Assembly (NCBI RefSeq): GCF_000734015.1
Contig: NZ_CP008796.1
Span: forward strand, 1,200,001 to 1,232,000
Direction of reading: 5' to 3'
Origin: Thermodesulfobacterium commune DSM 2178
Lineage (GTDB): Bacteria > Desulfobacterota > Thermodesulfobacteria > Thermodesulfobacteriales > Thermodesulfobacteriaceae
DNA length: 32,000 bases
Made by a program: the position numbers and the translations under genes. This document shows, piece after piece, positions 1 through 6,996 of the stretch. The notes beneath the pieces were generated by a model, which was not told where the DNA came from, did not search any database, and saw nothing but the letters and a program-made list of their open reading frames with translations. The first letter of the stretch is position 1; every line of letters starts with the position of its first letter.

Positions 1-1269
1 TAAATTAATGATAACATAAAACCTAAAAGACTAAACTAACCAGGAGGTCTGTAAAATGGAAAACTTAGACTTAGATTTAGAAAAAGTTTTAAGTGAAATC
101 TCAAAAATTGAATCAAAAGAGGGTATCAAAATGGCTGCTGCACTCCTCTTAAACGCTCTCATGAAAAAAGAAAGAGAAATATTCCTTAGAGATAGTATTG
201 ATAATAAAGCTAATGGTTACTATGAAAGACAACTTGCCTGTTTCTTAGGTAACCTTGGTATCTCTGTCCCAAGAGATAGAAAATCTGAATTCAGACCTGC
301 TATTCTTCCTCCTGAATGGCAAAAAGCTGATGAATCCTTCCAGGACTTTATCCTTAACCTCGTTCTCCAAAGCTACTCCCCCAATAAAATCAAAGCCCTC
401 TTGCAATCTATGAAACTCCCCTACTCCCCAGAACAAATAGAAGAAATTAAAGAAGAATTGTATAACCAAGCCAAAGAATTAAAAACCAAAGAATTGCCAG
501 AAAATTTGTTTGCTATGTTTATAGACGCTTATCATACTCAGATAAAAGATACCGAAGCCAACAGAATCAGAAAAGCAGTTATTTATAATATCATCGGGAT
601 AGATATGGAGGGAAGAAAAAATTTACTTTCTTATTACATTTATTTTGGTTCAGAGACGAAGGAGGACTGGCTCCAGATACTTAATGATTTGATAAAGAGG
701 GGAGTTAAGAGGGTTATGGTAATAGTGAGTGATGATTTTCCTGGCCTTACTCAAGCCATAAAAGCCCTCTTTCCTGAGACAGATCATCAGCTTTGTTTTG
801 TACACATGCAAAGGAACATCAACAGGAACATGTCTAAGCAGGATGCTAAAAAATTTTATGAGGAGTTAAGCATTATAAAGAGGATAGAGGAGTATGAGAG
901 GGCCTTAAATAGATTTGAGGAATTATGTAAGAGTTATGAGAAGAAGTATCCAGCTTATATAAAGGGACTTTTGAAAAAGAAGGAGCATTATTTTGTTTAT
1001 AAGAAATATCCTGAGGGGGTGAGGAGGTATATATACACGACGAATGTGGTTGAGAATATAAATAGCAGGATAGAGCTGATAAGGGTAAATACAGGGGGAT
1101 ATTTTCAATCAATCAAGACAGCAGAGGTTGCGATATACATAACAGTAAGTCGGATTCAGAAAACGAGATGGCAAAAACCACTTCCTTTAATTAAGTCTGC
1201 TTTATACGAATTGAGGCAAATGTTTGTAAAGAGATTTTATAAGGAGACACAATTCTCTTGACAAGTGTC
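1..1269 (+). mobile_element. IS256/mutator-family insertion sequence, copy A. The left ~70 bp, including the left terminus, lies beyond the window start
   Basis: nt 1-1269 are colinear with 5158-6426 of copy B (about 8 mismatches). The same right end, ...GAGACACAATTCTCTTGACAAGTGTC, finishes at 1269. Confidence 0.9.
56..1261 (+). CDS. IS256-family (mutator-type) transposase
   Basis: 401-aa ORF with SD AGGAGG upstream. Mutator-type layout: NGYYER...VPRDR near the N-terminus, VSDDFPGL and CFVHMQRN in the core, YTTNVVENINSRI near the C-terminus. Confidence 0.9.
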   Translation: MENLDLDLEKVLSEISKIESKEGIKMAAALLLNALMKKEREIFLRDSIDNKANGYYERQLACFLGNLGISVPRDRKSEFRPAILPPEWQKADESFQDFILNLVLQSYSPNKIKALLQSMKLPYSPEQIEEIKEELYNQAKELKTKELPENLFAMFIDAYHTQIKDTEANRIRKAVIYNIIGIDMEGRKNLLSYYIYFGSETKEDWLQILNDLIKRGVKRVMVIVSDDFPGLTQAIKALFPETDHQLCFVHMQRNINRNMSKQDAKKFYEELSIIKRIEEYERALNRFEELCKSYEKKYPAYIKGLLKKKEHYFVYKKYPEGVRRYIYTTNVVENINSRIELIRVNTGGYFQSIKTAEVAIYITVSRIQKTRWQKPLPLIKSALYELRQMFVKRFYKETQFS

Positions 1270-1595
1270 TAAAGAACCAAAAATATAGGCAATAAAAACC
1301 TTAGAATTTTTTATTAGAGTTTCTTCTCATGTGCTTAACGCTAAATCAGGGAGCATATTAGACTCCTTTTTCGTATTATATACGAAAGACTGCAAAGAGT
1401 AAAGAACTGCTCCTACCAGTGAAGGTTACAGACAGAGCATTTGTTTTTTGTATTTTTGCTGGTTGTGAAGGCTTTTATAGGTTTTGGCGTGAGTTGCTAC
1501 TTCAGTTTGACAAATAGGGCAACTGGGTGAGATTATCGTTTGCTTAGCCTATCAACTATGACATGGAACTTTTTTACTTGTAATAGTAAACGTAT

Positions 1596-1997
1596 CTAAT
1601 CAAGCAATTCTGCTGGTGTTTTTCGTCCTTTTATCGTGTTATCAAAATCGCTATCAAAACTAACTATAGTAAGTCCATAATACTCAGAAAGAGCGTATTG
1701 ATATGCATCATCAAAATCAAGATTAAATTGTTGTGCATATTTTATAATTCGGTCAAATTCCCTAAATGGGAGAGTTATTAGTGTAGCTATACCTCCAATG
1801 ATAATATCGTCAAAAAACTTTTTAAATATCTCGTGTTGTCTTCTGCGAAACAGTAATATCCCAATGGAATGAAGAGAAAAATCAGAAATAAAAAAATCAT
1901 ACTTATTTGTATTAGATAAAAGTAAAAGAGCCTCTTTAGATTTTTCTTATGATAATAAGATTTCGATAAAAATGTTAGTATCAAGTAAAAGTTTCAC
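1596..1997 (-). pseudogene. vapC: PIN-domain VapC-like toxin interrupted by an in-frame TAA at codon 17 (nt 1947-1949)
   Basis: Hand translation gives VKLLLDTNIFIEILLS*EKSKEALLLLSNTNKYDFFISDFSLHSIGILLF...DFDDAYQYALSEYYGLTIVSFDSDFD...AELLD*. The GTG start overlaps the upstream antitoxin stop (GTGA). No Met follows the stop, so the gene is absent from the ORF track. Confidence 0.75.
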
Positions 1998-2209
1998 GAT
2001 TTGCCACTTCGCCAATCTAAAATTTTATGTTGAAGTTCCACAGAGGTATAACTATCTCGTAAATCCTCTAAAGCTCCTGCCCATTCAAAAGTTGGTGGTT
2101 TGATTGGTTTTTTTCTCTTTGTCAATAAAAATTCAATAAAGTCTTCTACTACCTGATATAGATCGGGAGGAAGCTGATCTATTAATTCCTTAAGTTTTGA
2201 AGATTGCAT
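1994..2209 (-). CDS. DUF2281-type antitoxin, partner of the PIN toxin
   Basis: 71 aa with the motif LIDQLPPDLYQVVEDFIEFLLTK. It lies immediately upstream of the PIN ORF with a 4-nt GTGA overlap. Confidence 0.7.
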   Translation of the reverse strand: MQSSKLKELIDQLPPDLYQVVEDFIEFLLTKRKKPIKPPTFEWAGALEDLRDSYTSVELQHKILDWRSGKS

Positions 2210-2772
2210 AATAAAATTACTTTAGCCGATTCGGAGGATTTTTCAAGTACTAAGGACAATTTTTTGTATTTTCAAAGAGTTAAAGATTTCATACATCACA
2301 AGATTAAGATACAATTAAATATCCGACTACACTATTTTCTTTTTACCAAATAACTTGATAAAACAACCTTCGTTCAAAAACGAGGACAACCGAGGTAACC
2401 AGTATTATTTAATTTCCAGGGCATCAAGGAAATTAAATAGCTCTGTAAAGAGTGAACAACACTCTTACCCATTCATAGTTTCAAGGGCTCTCTTTAGATT
2501 AAAGTTAGAAACAATTAAAAACTTAAGGATTTGTTTATGTAGGCTTAACCAACCTTAAATTTTTCAGTCCATTTTTGAAAAATTCTTCTTCATAAAAAGT
2601 TATCAGCGGTAACATGTTTTGAACTAATTCCTCTTTTTTCATCTTCCTTAACGCCTTCTCCCCAAATTTTTCTATTAAATCCCAGTTGACAAGACCCTGG
2701 ATTAACCTTTCGAAAAAAACTAATTGTTATAGTCCTCTATCAGCTAATTTATGCCAGATTCTTCAAGATACT

Positions 2773-3375
2773 CCATAGTGTTTATTTAATTGTGTCTGCC
2801 AATTTAGGGTAAGAAGCCTCCCTCCTAAAAATAGGAATTACTTTTAATACCAAATATACCACCTTGTAAACTGAATCCCCCCATGAAAATACCTCTATCA
2901 CCTTAGCCCTCATCAAGATCTCCTTCACAAGCCTCTCTCATTGATTCGTCGTATCACCTCAAAAACTGCCTCTATCGCCCTTACATGCCCATCATACCTA
3001 TTGCCTTCCTTAAATTCATGATAAACTATCAAAGGCACCTCTTTAAAGGCCGTAATCATGGGTCTATACCCACGAAATCCCTTGTAAGTCATCTTGGGAT
3101 GTCTGTTTTTCTGCTTGTATGTTGCCAGGTGATGTAACCTCTGTTTGAACCAGGTAAAGGCATATGTTGGTCTATTAAGGTTTTTATTCCAGAATTTTTG
3201 AGGAAGGCATCAACAAGAGCAAGTCCTGAACGAGGGGTGATAGGTTCGTTAGTTTTTAGGATTTTGAAGTGATTTAGAAAATTTTTTAACCCAATAGGTG
3301 ATATTATAAATCGTTTAGAGCAATTGAAAAATAGGGAGATTATGGATGATTATAAATTTTTATCGGCAATTTAGG
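2773..3375 (-). repeat. Repeat R1: an internally deleted, frame-broken remnant of a second DDE transposase element (IS256/mutator-like; family uncertain). It contains the uninterrupted CCCTTACA target at 2978-2985
   Basis: Minus-strand fragments are NEPITPRSGLALVDAFLKNSGIKTLIDQHMPLPGSNRGY, ..YKQKNRHPKMTYKGFRGYRPMITAFKEVPLIVYHEFKEGNRYDGHVRAIEAVFEVIRRINERGL* and VKEILMRAKVIEVFSWGDS.., separated by stops and frameshifts. The sequence recurs at 4875-5087 plus 6435-6684. Confidence 0.7.
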
Positions 3376-3575
3376 GTAAAGAGGCCATTTCTCCATTCCA
3401 CAGGGCGGTTAACTTTTGCGACCTTTAGAAGACCTCTCTTCAAAGCTTTCTTGCCTTTTCTATCCATTTTTTCTATTATCATCTGAACATTCTGCTTAAC
3501 GCTTCCATAAGTTGCCCATCTGCCATACATCCGAGCAAATCCGAAACCTCTACTATATATACTTTGGAAGATTCT

Positions 3576-3827
3576 TTATTTATAAACATCTCCTCTTGCG
3601 CCTATTTTTGTAACCAAAATAGTATTCTCAATGATTGTAAATAGAATCCTGTATTTGCCAACTCTAATTCTATAACAATCTTTCTCTCCCAAAATTGGTT
3701 TTATATCTAACTGTTGACCTTCAGAAAGTTTTGTTAAGACTAAATCAATCAATACCTTATAATCTTTAGGTAATTTTTTATAATCCTTTGCAGCGTTCTT
3801 TGAGAACTCTATTTTAAATTTTCCCAC
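3576..3827 (-). CDS. relE: RelE/ParE-family type II toxin
   Basis: 83 aa with ...KDYKKLPKD...CYRIRVGKYRILFTIIENTILVTKIGARGDVYK, the typical RelE/StbE C-terminal pattern. It overlaps the upstream small ORF by 19 nt. Confidence 0.8.
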   Translation of the reverse strand: MGKFKIEFSKNAAKDYKKLPKDYKVLIDLVLTKLSEGQQLDIKPILGEKDCYRIRVGKYRILFTIIENTILVTKIGARGDVYK

Positions 3828-4015
3828 TTAATTGTTTCCCCTTTTCCATATTCATCTTTAGCCTTTTTAATCTCTTCTTTTTCCTCAGCGGTAAGCGGGG
3901 AAACATCAACTTCAACTATTGTCTTCCAGAATATGTCTATTAATACATCTTCAGGTAATGTCTTCAAAAGATTAATGATTGCATCTTCCGGCATAAAAAC
4001 TGTCCTTAGATTCAT
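3809..4015 (-). CDS. Putative antitoxin of the RelE/ParE toxin
   Basis: 68-aa acidic ORF with a strong SD (GGAGGTGG). It is translationally coupled (overlapping) with the toxin gene. The assignment rests on position only. Confidence 0.6.
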   Translation of the reverse strand: MNLRTVFMPEDAIINLLKTLPEDVLIDIFWKTIVEVDVSPLTAEEKEEIKKAKDEYGKGETIKWENLK

Positions 4016-4136
4016 AATTCACCACCTCCTGCAATTTTTAATACCTTTATATTTAAGTTTAATTTTCAAACTTAGCTCCTCAACTAAAGCCTGACCGATG
4101 GGTCAACTTAGCACTTCTTTTCTCCTCAGATATTTA

Positions 4137-4409
4137 TTATACCACAATTCTTTCCAGATGCTCTATTACCTGGTCTATCATACCCTTAATCCTCAGATAG
4201 TTTCTGTATACCTCTTCGTGAGAAAGTTCAAGATACTCATGGACAAGGACGTTGCGAAAGGCACCAAGTCCCTTTAGCTTTTCAAAAAGCTCCTCGTCTA
4301 CGATGCCTTCTCTGTATGCGTTTTTTATTATCTCTTCGTAGCTATCGCTTACCACTTGGAACTTGCCTGCCAGAAGGTGGTCAAGGATGTCAAGGATGCA
4401 TTCTTCCAT
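4137..4409 (-). CDS. HEPN / DUF86 (HepT-like) toxin domain protein, probably 5'-truncated
   Basis: The Rx4H motif is present in GAFRNVLVHEY. The frame stays open for 24 codons upstream of the Met (..FEDYIKTKWLHYTIERLLFL) with no start codon. At 90 aa it is shorter than typical DUF86 proteins. Confidence 0.65.
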   Translation of the reverse strand: MEECILDILDHLLAGKFQVVSDSYEEIIKNAYREGIVDEELFEKLKGLGAFRNVLVHEYLELSHEEVYRNYLRIKGMIDQVIEHLERIVV

Positions 4410-4603
4410 AAGGAAAAGTAGCCTCTCAATTGTGTAGTGTAGCCACTTAGTTTTAATGTAATCCTCAAAGCTGAAGTATATTTAAGACGCAATTTCCCGC
4501 GCTCTCTTTTAACTTTCTTCTCCCGCAAAAACTCAACAAAATCTCTCACCTCTTCCTGAGGTTCGAGCGGTAATTTTTCTATCAATTCTTTTAAGCTTTA
4601 CAT
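4349..4603 (-). pseudogene. DUF2281-like antitoxin paralog with a nonsense codon at position 2 (ATG TAA); the track ORF restarts at TTG 4585
   Basis: SD GAGGGTGA lies 4 nt upstream of ATG 4601-4603, which is followed directly by TAA 4598-4600. Then comes SLKELIEKLPLEPQEEVRDFVEFLREKK, parallel to KLKELIDQLPPDLYQVVEDFIEFLLTK of ORF 1994-2209. The 3' tail overlaps the HEPN ORF out of frame. Confidence 0.55.
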
Positions 4604-4636
4604 TTTATCACCCTCATTTTTTAAAATTTCCTATAA

Positions 4637-4874
4637 TTATATTATAAATCCTTCGTCAATCTTTTCATAGTCTATTTGCCAGTAAGCATGGCTACCAAGT
4701 TTTTTCTCTACAAAGGCACCTATCTTCTTAAGCCTTTCTAAACACTCAATGAGGTGCTTAAAATCCCCTTGGTCGTATAAAATCAAGTGACTGCGGTATA
4801 TTTCAAGAAAAAGTGGATGGGAACCCACAAAAGGAGAAAGTTTTTCATATAAAACTTTGCCAAAAATTTTTGCT
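4637..4874 (-). pseudogene. 5'-truncated gene fragment cut off by the left edge of repeat R2. A nucleotidyltransferase-type C-terminal region is possible but unverified
   Basis: The frame is open from the R2 boundary: AKIFGKVLYEKLSPFVGSHPLFLEIYRSHLILYDQGDFKHLIECLERLKKIGAFVEKKLGSHAYWQI... No plausible start or SD exists; the track ORF starts at an internal GTG. Confidence 0.4.
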
Positions 4875-5087
4875 CATAGTGTTTATTTAATTGTGTCTGC
4901 CAATTTAGGGTAAGAAGCCTCCCTCCTAAAAATAGGAATTACTTTTTAATACCAAATATACCACCTTGTAAACTGAATCCCCCCATGAAAATACCTCTAT
5001 CACCTTAGCCCTCATCAAGATCTCCTTCACAAGCCTCTCTCATTGATTCGTCGTATCACCTCAAAAACTGCCTCTATCGCCCTTACA
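4875..5087 (-). repeat. Repeat R2, left part (matches R1 2773-2985)
   Basis: Identical to R1 apart from one extra T in a T-run. It ends at the IS copy B insertion point. Confidence 0.9.
5080..5087. repeat. Left copy of the target-site duplication, CCCTTACA
   Basis: The same 8-mer recurs at 6427-6434, directly flanking the IS. It is single-copy at the homologous position in R1 (2978-2985). Confidence 0.9.
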
Positions 5088-6426
5088 GGGAGTAGAATAT
5101 AAATTGTGTCTTTTAATAAAATATTTTAGAGGCATAATAAAAATTTTTAATATTTTTTAAATTAATGATAACATAAAACCTAAAAGACTAAACTAACCAG
5201 GAGGTCTGTAAAATGAAAAACTTAGACTTAGATTTAGAAAAAGTTTTAAGTGAAATCTCAAAAATTGAATCAAAAGAGGGTATCAAAATGGCTGCTGCAC
5301 TCCTCTTAAACGCTCTCATGAAAAAAGAAAGAGAAATATTCCTTAGAGATAGTATTGATAATAAAGCTAATGGTTACTATGAAAGACAACTTGCCTGTTT
5401 CTTAGGTAACCTTGGTATCTCTGTCCCAAGAGATAGAAAATCTGAATTCAGACCTGCTATTCTTCCTCCTGAATGGCAAAAAGCTGATGAATCTTTCCAG
5501 GACTTTATCCTTAACCTCGTTCTCCAAAGCTACTCCCCCAATAAAATCAAAGCCCTCTTGCAATCTATGAAACTTCCCTACTCTCCAGAACAAATAGAAG
5601 AAATTAAAGAAGAATTGTATAACCAAGCCAAAGAATTAAAAACCAAAGAATTGCCAGAAAATTTGTTTGCTATGTTTATAGACGCTTATCATACTCAGAT
5701 AAAAGATACCGAAGCCAACAGAATCAGAAAAGCAGTTATTTATAATATCATCGGAATAGATATGGAGGGAAGAAAAAATTTACTTTCTTATTACATTTAT
5801 TTTGGTTCAGAGACGAAGGAGGACTGGCTCCAGATACTTAATGATTTGATAAAGAGGGGAGTTAAGAGGGTTATGGTAATAGTGAGTGATGATTTTCCTG
5901 GCCTTGCTCAAGCCATAAAAGCCCTTTTTCCTGAGACAGATCATCAGCTTTGTTTTGTACACATGCAAAGGAACATCAACAGGAACATGTCTAAGCAGGA
6001 TGCTAAAAAATTTTATGAGGAGTTAAGCATTATAAAGAGGATAGAGGAGTATGAGAGGGCCTTAATTAGATTTGAGGAATTATGTAAGAGTTATGAGAAG
6101 AAGTATCCAGCTTATATAAAGGGACTTTTGAAAAAGAAGGAGCATTATTTTGTTTATAAGAAATATCCTGAGGGGGTGAGGAGGTATATATACACGACGA
6201 ATGTGGTTGAGAATATAAATAGCAGGATAGAGCTGATAAGGGTAAATACAGGGGGATATTTTCAATCAATCAAGACAGCAGAGGTTGCGATATACATAAC
6301 AGTAAGTCGGATTCAGAAAACGAGATGGCAAAAACCACTTCCTTTAATTAAGTCTGCTTTATACGAATTGAGGCAAATGTTTGTAAAGAGATTTTATAAG
6401 GAGACACAATTCTCTTGACAAGTGTC
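5088..6426 (+). mobile_element. IS256/mutator-family insertion sequence, copy B, complete (1339 bp)
   Basis: Boundaries come from comparing R1 (empty site) with R2 (filled site). The terminal repeats are imperfect: GGGAGTAGAATATAAATTGTGTCT and, reverse-complemented, GACACTTGTCAAGAGAATTGTGTCT, sharing the core AATTGTGTCT. An 8-bp TSD is typical of the family. Confidence 0.9.
5213..6418 (+). CDS. IS256-family (mutator-type) transposase
   Basis: 401 aa. It differs from the copy A protein at three residues (E/K at residue 2, GLTQ/GLAQ, ALNRF/ALIRF). Confidence 0.9.
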   Translation: MKNLDLDLEKVLSEISKIESKEGIKMAAALLLNALMKKEREIFLRDSIDNKANGYYERQLACFLGNLGISVPRDRKSEFRPAILPPEWQKADESFQDFILNLVLQSYSPNKIKALLQSMKLPYSPEQIEEIKEELYNQAKELKTKELPENLFAMFIDAYHTQIKDTEANRIRKAVIYNIIGIDMEGRKNLLSYYIYFGSETKEDWLQILNDLIKRGVKRVMVIVSDDFPGLAQAIKALFPETDHQLCFVHMQRNINRNMSKQDAKKFYEELSIIKRIEEYERALIRFEELCKSYEKKYPAYIKGLLKKKEHYFVYKKYPEGVRRYIYTTNVVENINSRIELIRVNTGGYFQSIKTAEVAIYITVSRIQKTRWQKPLPLIKSALYELRQMFVKRFYKETQFS

Positions 6427-6434
6427 CCCTTACA
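6427..6434. repeat. Right copy of the target-site duplication, CCCTTACA
   Basis: See 5080-5087. Confidence 0.9.
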
Positions 6435-6684
6435 TGCCCATCATCCCTATTGCCTTCCTTAAATTTATGATAAACTATCAAAGGCACTCTTTAAAGGCCG
6501 TAATCATAAGTCTATCTCCACGAAATCCCTTGTAAGTCATCTTGGGATGTCTGTTTTTCTGCTTGTATGTTGCAAGGTGCTGTAACCTCTGTTTGAACCA
6601 GGTAAAGATTTTATAAATCGTTTAGACATATTGGAAAATGGGAAAACATGAATATAAATTATAAATTTCTATCGGCAATTTAGG
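6435..6684 (-). repeat. Repeat R2, right part (matches R1 2986-3375 with a deletion of about 140 bp)
   Basis: The first ~175 nt are about 95% identical to R1. The R1 segment at about 3160-3300 is absent. The last ~70 nt are more diverged, but the terminus ATAAATTTCTATCGGCAATTTAGG is the same. Confidence 0.8.
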
Positions 6685-6758
6685 AAATGTATATTTTTTT
6701 AAAATGTGTGCCGTTGTGTGCAGAATTTAGAGGAGTATTCTGAAATTCAGGAAACAAG

Positions 6759-6830
6759 CTGGGGGAGGAGGACTCGAACCTCCACTCGTGGATCCAGAGT
6801 CCACTGTCCTGCCAATTAGACGATCCCCCA
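6759..6830 (-). tRNA. tRNA-Gln (anticodon CUG), 72 nt, CCA not encoded
   Basis: Folded by hand. Acceptor stem TGGGGGA/TCCCCCA with U1-A72 and discriminator G; D arm GTCT-AATTGGCA-GGAC; anticodon arm GTGGA-CTCTGGA-TCCAC; T arm GGAGG-TTCGAGT-CCTCC. Confidence 0.9.
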
Positions 6831-6847
6831 ACCGTCTGTATAAATAA

Positions 6848-6875
6848 AACTTAAAATATTTTATGGTTTTGTCAA
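6848..6875 (-). promoter_or_regulatory. Candidate sigma70-type promoter for tRNA-Gln (TTGACA-16 nt-TAAGTT)
   Basis: A -35 TTGACA (6870-6875) and a weak -10 TAAGTT (6848-6853) on the minus strand, about 18 nt upstream of the mature 5' end. Confidence 0.35.
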
Positions 6876-6918
6876 TAGGTTAGGGTTTTAAAATGAAAGG
6901 CTAAGGGTATAGTCCTTT

Positions 6919-6932
6919 TTGACTTAAGTCAA
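6919..6932. promoter_or_regulatory. Perfect 14-bp palindrome TTGACTTAAGTCAA, a candidate CRP/FNR-family operator upstream of hcp
   Basis: Read directly from the sequence. The centre lies about 71 nt upstream of the hcp ATG. A possible -10 TATTTT at 6955-6960 would put the site near -41.5. Confidence 0.5.
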
Positions 6933-6996
6933 GGAAAAATCTTCTTTTCTAATTTATTTTCTATTTATATAAAAACTTAAAAAAGGAGGTGCAAAG

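Noticed and set aside
245-1112. Antisense ORFs inside both transposase genes (245-469, 873-1112, 923-1108 and their copy B equivalents).
   Set aside because: They are embedded antisense in a strongly supported CDS. They recur only because the IS itself is duplicated.
1332-1342. The 11-mer TGCTTAACGCT, shared with 3493-3503, considered as evidence for another homologous remnant at 1270-1595.
   Set aside because: Single 11-mer matches are expected by chance many times in a 32-kb AT-rich window, and the flanking similarity is weak.
1787-1984. A 65-aa minus-strand ORF from the track.
   Set aside because: It is an alternative frame of the vapC-like pseudogene. The low-complexity, hydrophobic-looking sequence is an artefact of AT-rich DNA.
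2355-2558. A 67-aa plus-strand ORF.
   Set aside because: It has a TTG start and no SD, matches no recognisable family, and sits in a region full of gene debris.
1-6426. The two IS copies in direct orientation around the TA genes look like a composite transposon.
   Set aside because: Copy B carries its own 8-bp duplication on both of its sides, and its target is an R repeat that also exists uninterrupted. It therefore inserted on its own. The outer left end of copy A is outside the window, so a composite event cannot be supported.
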